Assembly (NCBI GenBank): GCA_973895155.1
Contig: OZ316897.1
Span: 5,287,976 to 5,351,975, forward strand
DNA length: 64,000 bases
Direction of reading: 5' to 3'
Source: Marsupella aquatica
Taxonomy: Eukaryota; Plantae; Marchantiophyta
The notes beneath the pieces are model-generated. The model was not told the DNA's origin. It searched no databases and saw nothing but the letters and a program-made list of their open reading frames with translations. A program made the translations under genes and the position numbers. Positions 13,106 to 24,999 of the stretch are shown here, piece after piece (the first letter of the stretch is position 1; each line of letters opens with the position of its first letter).

Positions 13106-14370
13106 GCTGACTGAAATTCTGCACGCTTCCGCCCTCATAAGAAATAGTTCATGTGACAAGATACTCCCGGTGCTGCGTCGATCATTCACGGCGCTTTCCG
13201 TAACAACTCATCTCTTCGTTGGACCCTTTCCTTGTGCCCTTCCACAAGACGCACGTCCCGATCTGCGCATCCACAGCACCAACATACCCCAAACTCCTGC
13301 CCTCGCTGTACCCCTTTAACGCCGGAATCGTCAAAAGTCTTTCGACAATCAGAATACAACGCACCAACTTGCCTTTCCAACCCACAGCCCACTCTACCAA
13401 CTTTTGTCTCAGCCCTCTGCCCCCTTTTGAGCTTTCTGTCCGTCTCCTATTATGAGCTTCCTGTCCGTCATCCCGGGGTCGTCGGACACTAACTTGTCCA
13501 ACTTTCAGCCCGTTTGAGAAGATTTGGAATCTTGGAAAGAAACCGCTGACTGACTACAACAAGAGACACGGTCAATCGGCGGTCCAACAAGAGTCGCTGG
13601 TCTCCATGGTACCATCTCATACATATGTCCCATTTGACACGCATAAGTGCAATCCCCGAGGGGGCCTAAAAGTGTTTTCCGTAATAGATGACTTATCCCT
13701 TTTTTACTATCCTGTCCCCCAAACTCGTTGAACAACTAGGTTGACCCCCATTTTGTACACAGGTTATTTTTACATGTGTACTTAACCCAAGGTCATTCTG
13801 CATTGGTTGTCTGCCATGTGGCAAGGTGCTATTGGCCCCATCAAACCTCATCAGGTGATGCCCTGACTCAGGCCACCTCATTCCAACTATGAAATATGCA
13901 GGAGTACAGGAGGAAGTGGCTTGGAAAGGCAATGATACTCCTCTCATGGAACCTCCTTTGCGGTTTTCACTTGCTTATCAGTGTCTATGTAAATGTTACA
14001 TGATGTTACAATCTTCCCCCCTGACCGCACAGGTGGAGGCAGCACATCTGAAAGAGAAACTTCGTCTTCTTAAGATAACCATTATGGAGGACTACTCACC
14101 TGCTAGTGTTACAGATTTTATGGATAAAGAGGATTGTGTTTGGACAATGGAACTTGGAGAGGCACCTTATGTCGCACACTTTTTAGGATTAAATGGTAAT
14201 GGCACAGAGATGAACCTTCTAAGTTTTGCTTTTGACAGAAAAGGCAAAAAGACAAAGAGAAAAACTGGAGTTAGCACCTTGTTGTTGATGCTGGCAATGA
14301 GCTTCATGATGAATGGCTTATTCTAGGGGAAGTCCAACATTTCTGCAAGGAGCTCTACTCTCCCCTTACT

Positions 14371-14640
14371 TTGTTGGGAGAGGAACTCCCAGAACATAGA
14401 GCAGCACATAGAGTACTGAGCAATAACACTTGTTTTGCCCCCGGTTTTGCCCTCAATGCAGCAGAAGTTAAAATGCTAGAGGAACTCCCCTCTATAAGAG
14501 AATTGCATGAAACTTTGCTACTTCTCCCATGTGACAAAGCTCCAAGAATTGACAGAATGACTGCGGAGGCATTCAGGGCTTGTTGGGAATTCATGAAAAT
14601 GGACTTTGATTGATGACATGGAATGCAATTTTGGAGAACA
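14371..14640 (+). mobile_element. LINE (L1/Tx1-like) ORF2 fragment
   Basis: PSIRELHETLLLLPCDKAPRIDRMTAEAFRACWEFM is the KAPGxDG motif region preceding the RT domain; it resembles 63046-63441. Confidence 0.7.
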
Positions 14641-15445
14641 AGGCATCTAGTGTGATGCCCTTCAAGGATCCCTATATCAAAGACTATAAGACAAAGTTGC
14701 GCGTTTTGTCCCCCTGGTCGTCATTCAAATTTCCAGTGCAGTTTTGGGCGGATAAAATCAAAACTATTAAATGTGCAAGGAGTAATACAAGAGGAAAAAA
14801 ATTGCCCTGTGTGCCTCATGAAGGCCATTGCCTGCCTCGCCTACCACGGCCTGCCTCGCCCCTGTGTGCCTCGCGATTGATTCGGCAAACCTTGCCTGCC
14901 TCACGACTTGCCACAGCCTTCTGCCTTGACTCGCCACAGCCTGCCTGCAGGCGTCGATCGACAACCGGCCCAACACGCCTGGACCGACAATGATCTCCCG
15001 CCCGACAAGCACAAGACCCAACTCTAACTCTCCATCGCGACGAGCCTGGACTGTGCCAGACCCCCCCCCCCCCGCCAGATCGCCCCGTCAACACTTGCGA
15101 CAAGCCTAGACTCAGCAGCCAGCCTGACAGCCTGAGTCAACAGCCGCGGCCCAACGACCCTACTGCTGCCTGACTCGCCCCGGAGTTGGTCAACTCCGCT
15201 CCCCCTCCCGCTCCGCCACTCCCTTGCATTCAACCAGGCAATGGCGGCCGACAGTACTCAATGTTCTCACGCCCGAGCTCCCCCATGCACCCCCATAAGA
15301 ACCCATTTAGTGGCACGACAACTCATTTGCTACCTCGCGCTTTGCCATTGTCTTCGCCCAATTGCCGTCGATTTGCTCGTACACTCCAGTTCCACTCTTG
15401 ATCAAACTCATTTTTATCAAAGGAAACCAATGGATAAACATGCAT

Positions 15446-16488
15446 TGTAGTGAGATTTAGCCGGAGTAGCACACAAAGGCGATCAAGAGTTCTCCACAAA
15501 AGATTGCAGACCTGCAGTACTGCGAACAACAAAGGGGCATAGGGGACGGACTCAATCAACAGGTTGGTATGACCCTTACCGCTCTTGGATTTTGGACCCT
15601 GTTTGGGGAGGTAGGTGCCAAGTTTTCTGAAGGTTACTGGTATTCTTGCCCTGAGAAGCTGCGTACAAGCAAAGGTACGCTAAATTGGTGGTTAAAGTAG
15701 CACAAATCAACTGCAAGAAGGACGCACTCACCAAGGATGCAAGCTACAACAAGGTTTGGGATTACATTACCAAGCTACACATCAACAAAGAAGGCTTCCG
15801 ATTGTTAACTCAGACAATTTTAGTGGTACCAGCAAAGTATTTTAAGTTGAAGGGCGGCCGGAAGCTGACTCAAGCAAAGTTTGACAAGATCCCAGGTTAC
15901 ATTGAGCAGTAGCTTGCGGCTGAGTGGAGGGAGGAAGAAATCAACTATCAACAGGGAGGCAGTGCAAAATCTCACCTTCCTTGCGGAAAGCTCCACCGCA
16001 TTCAATTGGGAAATGGCTACTCCGCCAGATTCTATCGCCAACCGGCGCATCACCCCGGCCAAGCGAGTTCCGCCTAGTTAGGCCCGGGTACACGCTATGA
16101 ACAATGCAGATTGTTCTTCACACTCAGCAGGCAAAGGTAGTCTACACTTGACGTAGTGCTCACCAAAGCATACTAGAACAATGCAAGGACCTGAATCGTG
16201 TGCGCAAACTGCACCTGCCCCTATACCAGTTTCGGCCTCGGCCAACCCCCTGCCCAATGCTCATTCTAAGAAGAGACCTGCCCCCTTGCAGCAAAATTTG
16301 CTGCAGATAGTCCGCGTTCCCAAGGTGATCTGGGCAGCAATCAAGGACCCGTCCCACGCGGACGTTAACCTGGAGGCCTTCCGCCTTTGGGGCAAGGGAG
16401 ATGCATGAGTTCATCTCAAACTTTGACATTGATACATATGCCACAAAGGGGTTGAGACAAACCTTGTCCCTCACAGAGTATTGGTTAG
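15446..16488 (+). mobile_element. Family III unit, copy a (truncated, decayed)
   Basis: ATGACCCTTAC at 15569 and the downstream peptide match 47651-48585. Homology stops at the TGTTGG start of an LTR at 16489. Confidence 0.8.
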
Positions 16489-18148
16489 TGTTGGAAATCC
16501 ATGAGCCCAAGAATGTGAAAATGCGGGGTAATTGTCATTGAGTTGTGAGAGGTTTTATACATGGAGCGGCATCCCCTTGGAGGCCTGCTCAAGTCAAATA
16601 GGATTATCATGTATTCCCTCATACCACATATTCCCTCACATGTGCCTATTGCATAGCTTACCTCATGGTCTAGTTTAAGTCACTAACTTTGGACGGTGGC
16701 CTACCAAACCTTTTCTAATACTCCCACTTTAGTGACTAAATTAGGGCCCTAATAAAGCCCTAAAATTTTCTCAAATAAATGTGCTTGTCCTTTGGAAGTC
16801 CTTTGGTGAAATTTTCCGCTGTCATTTCTTCGGTGGGACAATAGATTACGTCTATCTCACCACTCTCAACTAGCTCCCTACTAAAGTGATATTGAATATC
16901 AATGTGCTTGCTCCTATCGTAAAGCCGAGCAAGCTAAGAGCACTTTAGTTATCACAATAAATGACGGCTCTTGCTTGTTGATGATCAGTTGCAGAACTCA
17001 AGTACCTTAACACTTAGCTCCGGCATTGCTGACTTTGACGCCGAGCTCCCCTATGGTCCAGGCGCGGAACAGCCATCCAAGGAGGACTTAGAACCTCTTG
17101 GGCCAAAGGAAAATGGAGTTTACTCTAAGTGCAATGGACGGTTGGGGCACTAGTTACGGCCCGACCCAGGTTTGGCCGATCCGAGGGCCGATAAGGGGTC
17201 CTGGGCGACAATGGGTTCTAAGGGCCTAGGCATGAGCACTAGGTTGGCCCAATCACAACGGGCTAAGGCACTCCCTATGGATGCCTAACAAGAAAGTTAT
17301 GGGCATAGCCAACTGGTAGCACGCCCAAACATGCGGGTCGGGGTCCAGGTGGGGGGCCAACATTTGGGGACCAAAGTAGGTCCAGGGGTGGAAAATCTCC
17401 AGAAGCATGTATGAGGGGAGTGGTGTCTCCCTGGGGGCTAAGGGCAAGCCAAAGTCGTGAGCCACGGTGGTCACAACACTAAGGGAAATTTTCAAACGGA
17501 AATGGCAATAACTTCCCAACAATAAGTCCGTTTGGAGGAATTCTTGGATGCGTTGGAAAGCTCTCAAGGAGGGCTACATCCTCCTGATCTGAACTAGGTC
17601 TAGGGGTGCTATGGGTTTGCGGGGTTTTAGGGGGCTATCTCACACGTTTCCCAAATCCTGTTGAAATAGCAGCCAAATTGCATTCAGTCTCCCAAGGGAG
17701 CTTGCGTTGGGGAGGCAAGGCCAAGTAGGCATGGAGGTTGAGTTCCAAGGGCACTTGGCCCCTAGGCTATTGTTAGGTATTTACTCAAGGTCTAGGGTTA
17801 CGACATGTAACCATAGTTAGGCTAACCGTAGTTAGGCTAACCGTAGTCAGAGACGTGGTTAGGTTAACTAGGATGCACACTATATGCCAAGTGGTGTTTG
17901 CTTGGATAAGTGGAACTTAGGCTCATTGTTACGGAGCCACTTGAGAGATAAGGAGAGCTTACACTGTGGAGACATGGTATAGCCGACAGGCTTAAAGTTC
18001 AACAAAGCTCTCTTGTGTGTTCCCGTGGACATAGCCTCAAGGAGGTGAACCACATATCTCTTGTGCCGACTACTTGCGCGTTGGATGTGTCATGTGCTTA
18101 CCACTGTAGTTGTCATCTATGCTCAATAGCTATTAGTGGGGTGAGAGC
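16489..18148 (+). mobile_element. Copia-like LTR followed by a degenerate tRNA-Met PBS
   Basis: Starts TGTTGG and contains the copia-type U5 motif TTCCCGTGGAC..GGTGAACCAC (~18020-18052). TGGGGTGAGAGC at 18137-18148 matches TGGTATCAGAGC at 9/12 positions. No partner LTR or TSD found. Confidence 0.45.
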
Positions 18149-19650
18149 CGGGAGTTGGTTGCTAGAGTTGGGGCTATTCTGGTTTTGATGTGTTGGGACA
18201 AGCTTTAGGACAAGCTATGCTACTTGGGCCATGAGCATGTCCCGGGGGCAGGGCGGTCAGTTGGTGATTGATAGGTACGAGGGGGAACCCGGGCTGCACC
18301 CAAAGAGGGTCTATGCTGGATGAACAGTGGGTGTCGGCTTTGGTTCTAGCTTATGGCAACGGGAGGACCTATTGCTGAACTACTTACCAATGTCTGTTGA
18401 GCTTGAGTTAGGACACTAGACTTGGGGAGATATAGATCCTGTTGGGTTACTTATCAAGGTACTTGGTTGCTTGTGTAGACAGTTAGGACCGTTGAGCAAT
18501 GGTTGTATTAGGGAGCAGGTGCGGCTTCGTATGGGAGTGGCCGCAAACGGTGCAAGGGGCATTGAGTTGCTTGCTCTTAAAGGAGTTCCATGGAGACGAT
18601 TGGGCACCAGGGCACTTAGGCATGGGTGCTAGGATTGGTGAGGGCGTTGGGTGGCAAGGTCCACCACTTGATGCAAGTCTTCAAGAAGTATTTTCAACCA
18701 CACCAGCTCAATGCGTGCCTTTGATTAGGCCATGTATTCTGCTTTGGTGCAAGACAAGGCTATAATTTTTTAATTTTTGCTTGCCCAACTTACAACTGCA
18801 CCTGAGAGCATGAAGCAATAACTAGAGGTTGATCTTCTTGTGTCAATATCTCCTCCTCAATCAGCATCACAATATCCATGTAAAGGAAGCAAAGATTTTG
18901 ATCTTTTATACACCAAACCCATACTTGATGTGCCCTTCAAGTATCAAAAACTCCGTTTCACAGCCATCCAATGCTTTGGACAGGGATTGGACATTGTCAC
19001 GCCAAAAGATCCATCCTTAATCAGATTTCAGCTTAGGCGGCCATAAACTCCGTTAATATTGTTCGGCAAGGAGGGACGTGCATACAATACCGTCTTCCCC
19101 TAACTTGACACTAAATGTGCCCAATCCTATTCTTACTCGTATCATAGGTATACTTTGTAGTCTGCCGCCGGAACATACCCCAAGTCGATAGGTAGATCAA
19201 CCCCGGCTTAGGGACTTATAAGCCTTTGTGTTGTTTGCCTCCGATCTGGTTCCGATAATACGGGTGTTTAACCCGGGCTTGCAACCATTATCCGTAGCTG
19301 TCACCCCGTGCGCAGCTTATACAATGCGTTTGGCCAAGTGTAATATAGTAGGTTAAGTAGGAATCATAAAAAAATAGTTAAATTTTAAATTTTTTGCAAT
19401 TAACAAGGACTTTATAACTACTCTGCGTAGTGTTATAGGAACTTAGAAGTTATTAGGAGTTAACACACCACTTACCCTATAAAGTAGAGATTAGTTGTTA
19501 GTATAGAGAGAAGATCAACCAGGAGGATTGACCTAATCCCCCTGCGCACCAAAGAAGATAACCACACAGTCGCGAACTCCTCTTGGTGCGGACCTCGCGA
19601 CATCTACCCCAGCGCCGCAATCTTTTCTTTTTCCCGATTGGAGGTAAGGC

Positions 19651-19766
19651 ACTTTTGCACCTTTGCGCTTTGGAGCTTTTGCGCCTTTGCGCTTTGGAGC
19701 TTTTGTGCTTTTATGCTTTGGAGCTTTTGTGCTTTTACATTTTGGAGCTTTTGCGCCCTTGCGCTC
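19651..19766 (+). repeat. 24-bp tandem array (~5 units) just upstream of the family IV ORF
   Basis: Unit GCTTTTGCGCCTTTGCGCTTTGGA; it translates as repeated LELLRLCA in the ORF track. Confidence 0.85.
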
Positions 19767-19780
19767 TTAATAAGATCATC

Positions 19781-22265
19781 ATGACTTCACCCACAGGAAG
19801 TGATGAAGACCTTGCGGTGCGCGACGGCCTCCCAAGAGCAGTACCAGCTCTACTTCCAACACTTCACCAAGATTTGATGGCACTTGCCGAGGCATTGGAA
19901 GCAATGCATCTAGGACGACTCCTTCTTATGCCTTGGAACACTATTTCCCCTACGTACTTGCAAGGATTTCAGGACCGTTCCCCACAGCTTGAAGGTATGG
20001 AGGGTACAATAAGGGCCAAACCAGAACAATGGGACATCGATTTATTTACCCGAGCTTTTCATTGTCCTTCAATTGCGATTAATTTGGTATCTGGAAGAGA
20101 CTCGATTTCCAAATCCATGTTTGCAGGGGTTCGACGAAGTAAACACGGTTGGAAGCTACATCAGTGTATTGACTACACATTCCGACTCATTCTTGATTTC
20201 CTCGTTCCTATCCTGCATCCGAATCAACCCCAGATGGTTCCTGTGTCTTTAGCGAATACTCTATACACTTCTTGGAAGAAGATTGCTGAGGTAAATTGGG
20301 CTCTTCTGCTACGAAGGACAGTGCTCTCACAAGTGAAGGAAGTTAAAGCTGGAAAGCTAAATTGCTTACCTGCTTATCTCAGCCAGCTTTACTTCCAGGG
20401 AGATTGCTTACTGCTTGAGGAGAAGATCAAGCGCCGAAGGCTACTTGGTGAACTCCCCTTTGAAGTTCTGGAAGAAAGAGATCTACCTGAAGGTGAAGGC
20501 GAGGAAGAGACACCAATTCCTTCCCCAATAGATCAGCAGCATGGTCCTACTAGTGAAGAAGGGGATCCCGTTCCACCACCAAGCTCACCTCTCCTTCCCG
20601 AACCTGCTGAAGTTATTCCCCCTGTAGTTGCTCCATTGACAGATTGTGTTGTGAGTCCCCAAGCTCCTATCTCCCCAATAGATCCTCTTGATCAAGAAGC
20701 AAGACAGATTTTCTATTACCAAGGTATTGTGGAAGCCTTGACCGAGATTTTATCTTGTGGCCCTGGAGAAGTAGTTACTCTCGTGCGTGACTTGAAGAGA
20801 ATCCCACAGAGCGAAGTTTCTCCTAATATTCCTATCTCTGAACCTCAGGACCTTACACCAATGTACTCACCTACCGAAGGACCTCTAGCTGTTATCCAAA
20901 GCTTGTTACAAGAACCACCTTCTCATGAAGTTGAAGAACAGGTTAATGGTGAGGATATGGAAATCAACATTGTGGGGATTGCAGAAGATCATCAACCAGT
21001 GGCTGATGCTAACCAACAGCAACCCCCGATCCTTTAGCATGCTCCAGAAGAGGTTCAGTATTATTCTGAATTAATTGCAAAGATTACCTCTATGTTAGAG
21101 TGTGATCCAGAGCACATAGTTGAGTGATGGAGGACGTATTACAGAGGGCCACCGTTGTTATAAGTCGAGATCATCACTTGGAGTATTGTGAGAATCTCGT
21201 TGTCAGGCTTGCCCAGATGTTCAACTGCGAACCTACTCAAGTATACGCTGCAGTACACTACCACACCTCTAAGTTTGGTTCTCCCCTTTCCCACTCTTCT
21301 TCTGATCATTCCCCCACCTCACCTTATAGTCCTTCGGACTGCCCTGATCATCATTTTCCTAGTTTTCCAATCCTTACCATCACGCCCACGGATGAAGCTT
21401 CCAGTTACCCTGATTCCCTACCTCCTAGGAAGAATAAGTCCTGCCAAGTCAATCTTATCACTACCATCCATATAGATCCTAAGACCCCCATAGAGAATAT
21501 CAAACTGTTTTCCGAATTTCTTAAAGTAGTAGATCTCAGAACCCCTCCCATCTTAGAATACTGGAATTACTATCACAAGAGGAGAATTGAATGCCTCAGT
21601 CTATATCTTGAAGCTACACTTGAGGGATACCACTCACTTGGAGATAGCGGAAATGGATGAAATCTGGACTGAAGCAGAATATTTCAGGCCCATCCTTGCT
21701 GCCATGATTCTGGTTGGTGACATTGTGTTGGAGAATGGAGATTTAGCTTTAGCTTATTTTGGAAATCTTTCTGCCTACCATCTTGAGTTTATTATTTCAT
21801 TTCTGAAGTAGACCAATAGGAAGAGTCGAGTTGATCCTCGTAACATTCCAGAACACCCTTTCATCAAACAGAAGTTTATCACTCCAGTTACTGAGAAACA
21901 AAGGATCTGGAACAACATCACTTCCCAGCGACTCAAAGATTATACTGGGAAATGGCGCGCTCTTTCTTCTACCATTTATCCACTTCTCGATTTGGTTGGA
22001 GACACTGAAGCATTCATTCAAAAATTTATGCATAACTATCATCCTTCCTACTGTTCCTATGACCTGGTTGGTATTTACATACAAGCTAGCAAGGTCAACA
22101 CCATGTTTACTAGGCCCAGAGCTAAACATGGAACGTCAGTGAAAATCACTTCCTCTCATTCGACATCACTCCAATGATATGGATACTATCCGTGAAGTCA
22201 TTCAGAGTGACACCTTCAGACGAGTACAACAACCAGACCCTAAAGCTCTAATGCAGCAAGATTGA
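19781..22265 (+). pseudogene. Family IV ORF (shared core domain, then Pro/acidic region); open for 418 codons to 21037, then stops and frameshifts
   Basis: ATG at 19781 (MTSPTGS). Core motifs LLLMPW, HGWKLHQC..LDFLVPILHP..P and VNWALL. Coding-like sequence continues past the TAG at 21035; the 3' limit is approximate. Confidence 0.7.
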
Positions 22266-24999
22266 ATTTTTGCAATTAGATTAGATTTGTTTAATTGTTG
22301 AAGTACTCAGGAATGCCTGAAACCTCACTAGTAGATAACCCTTATGTAGTGAAATTCTCAGCATTTTTAGTTTTGTAAAAAGCGTAAGTGCGCAAAGGCG
22401 CAACAGCGCTTCTACTCCAAAGCGCCAAAGCGCAATCGCGCCCCCAACACTTAGAAACTTTTTCCGGAGTTGTGTAATTTTTATCACACAACACTTATCT
22501 TCGATTTATTTGAGGTACTTCGACACCTCATAAAAGTCTGAAATTTTGCCAGCATGTAGCATGTATGTAAATCTTCCAACCTAGGAAAGTTTCACCCTAT
22601 TCTGACTTTTATGTTTAGAAACTAAAATTCAGAAAAAGTTGCTATTTATTAGTTTTACCACAAAAGTGCAAAAACATTTTCACTCCAGTTTACACTAAAG
22701 ATCATTTTTGATTAGTTTTTGATTCTAGGAGCCTTCTAGTGAACCTTAAGTACTCCTTGTAACATATTTTCATACTTTTAAACTTTAGTTTATGACCCTT
22801 AAGATATGAAAGGGCATGTCCTTTCATTATCTCTTTTCCCTGTAGCTCCTGCTAGCCTATATGTAGCAAACTTTGTGACACTTTTGTGTGAGAGGAAATT
22901 ATGTAGCCCTGTGTTGCAGTTTGCAACATGGCAAGTTTCACTTTGTAGAGAGAAACTCTGACTTTTGTCAAGAGTGAATGAATACAAAGGATTTCTTCCC
23001 CCTTCCTTGGCTTGGAATGTTGTGAATTTTGAGCAATGAAGTAAAACATAGTTTCATATCAAAATCTTCTGAATGTATAGAGATAGATTCCATAATGGTG
23101 AAGGCTATACATACTCAAGTTCTTGATGCATGTAGTTTTGGGATTTGACATTGCTTGTGCACGACCTGCAAAGAATGTCATTGACCAATTTTCCATGATT
23201 TAGTTTGTTGATGACGGTGATTGTGATTTGTAACTCGGACAAGTACCGATTGGATGCTGAAGTGATTGGTTGTTAATCCTAACTTAGTAGCTTGGAAGGA
23301 AAGGTTGAGATGTGTAGACGGCACCTTAACAACTATCCCAGTAAAGTATTCCATTCCAGAAATGCCCTTACAAGTCCAATACCTTAAATCATTACAAGTT
23401 AAGTGTTGTTGAGAAGTTACCTTGGTGTTTTTCCAGACTCTCTCATCATACCTCAAGATTTCCTTGTATTTTGTCAATTTCATCCATTTTATTAATTATA
23501 TTTACAATGTCAAGCAGACATTTAAATCTATGCCTTGCTGAGCATTCAAAGTAAAAGGCTTATTTTTGTGTTTTGTTACCTTAGTCAATCATTTGTGTTA
23601 AAGAATTGTAAATCATTCCTTACATGTTCTTCCATGGGAATGAATACCGAGTTTTGGATCTTAAATGTTTATTTATGTCTCTAGTGTGATACTACACCAA
23701 GCATTCTACACCCGTATACGAGACTAATGAACATAACAACTTACAAACATACAATCTTGGTTTACACAAAGAAAATGGCGGGGAAAGACTTTTAATTATG
23801 ACTCCGTCATACGTACATACACGGTTGACTCGACTTCTTTGGGAATAAATAGCCCAATGGCAATGAGGTGTACACTACAATGGAGCCCGGCTTTGCACTC
23901 GCCCGACAAGCTTAGCCGTACCCTCACTCCTTGTACTCTTCTATCCACTAAGGTCGAGACTCCCCGCATATCCACGGATACCCAGTTAAAAACCCAAAGT
24001 CCCCCCCCGTTGCCTCTATCGGGGGTGCACTAAATACTAACTAAGAGCCGTGGCTAGGAGTGGTCACTGCTCAAGTTCTAGCCTATGCTAATCCTAGCTA
24101 AACGCCAGTCCGCTAAATAGCTTGTCATTACCCTAGATGCTATGCTAAGAAAGGTTGTCAGCGCCGCTCTAACTAGTTTCAGCGCTTGTTGGTAGTGTCC
24201 TACTTCCGTGGCTAAACCTATGCTACTCTAAACTATCGACACTGCCTAATGCCTGGCCCGCTTGTTAGATCTGTTTGAGTGGGACTTGGATCGGTTGTCC
24301 CATTGCCTCCTCAGCCGGTCGACGGCTTGATTGAGGATCTGGACCTGGTCCATGAGAGAATTGTTCTCTCTCTTCATCGCGTCCGTTTCCTTCGCGGCCT
24401 CCTGACACGCCTCTTCCAAATGTTGACCGTTGCTTGTCAGCTTGGCCACCAGTTGGTTTTGTTTAGCGGCTTCTTGTTGAAGCCATGCCACCTTCGCTTT
24501 TAGGGCATCCATCTCGGCGGTATCTCGTTGGGCCCAAGCATCGGCCTCCTCTACATCCTTCTGCCAGATTCCAACTTATCCCTTCAAACTGTCAATCTAG
24601 GTCTGGAGTCGTGAGATCTTGACGTCCTTCCCAGCTCCGGCTTGCTCGGCCAAGGTTAACTTGGCCTTGGTATTGGTGACTTGGACAAGGGCCGTCACCA
24701 ATTGAGGACGGAGAAGCTCCAGCTCAGTATCCCAATGTGCCAATTTGCCTAAGAGTCGGTGGTCTCAACCCGGTACCGCTCAATCTTTGTTGTGGCGTCA
24801 ACCTATGCCTATCTCGCTTTCATTGCCGCCACCAGCTCCCTGGTTGAAGAAGTAGGCTACCTTGTGGGCCATGAACTTCCCCATCTCTTGGCTAATTTGA
24901 TGGGAGAATTCTTCCAGCAGCCCGTTCAAATATGTGCCCGGTGCGAAGAGTTCCGGGTTCACCAAGCTGTGCCCACTTGGGGTCGGGCAAGGATAGACC

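Larger units (their letters stand above)
19339..23696 (+). mobile_element. Family IV TGT..ACA ORF-bearing unit, complete (4358 bp)
   Basis: Termini TGTAATAT...ATACTACA (7/8 inverted match). Perfect 5-bp TSD CCAAG at 19334-19338 and 23697-23701. Removing it rejoins family II sequence. Confidence 0.92.
18992..24999 (-). mobile_element. Family II unit, copy b (3' half; interrupted by family IV at 19339-23696, cut by family I at 25000)
   Basis: 18992-19338 is the reverse complement of ~37865-38215. 23702-24999 is colinear with ~150-1400 and includes the coiled-coil end ..SNKRARH (24246-24512). Confidence 0.8.

Noticed and set aside
14700-15445. GC-rich low-complexity segment with faint inverted flanks (possible non-autonomous DNA transposon)
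   Set aside because: The terminal similarity is too weak, no TSD was found, and the ORFs are low-complexity.
17550-17566. TTGGAAAGCTCT motif recurring in unrelated LTRs (also ~31202 and reversed near 55555)
   Set aside because: A short motif commonly seen in plant LTRs; not informative here.
18474-18486. ..CA GTTAG as a right end plus TSD for the LTR starting at 16489
   Set aside because: The sequence after it does not resume the interrupted family III ORF, so the match is probably chance.
19651-19766. CRISPR-like array
   Set aside because: The repeats are contiguous with no unique spacers, and the context is eukaryotic.
19583-19780. N-terminal 66 aa of the 484-aa ORF
   Set aside because: It has a TTG start and translates the 24-bp repeat array; the ATG at 19781 is the more plausible start.
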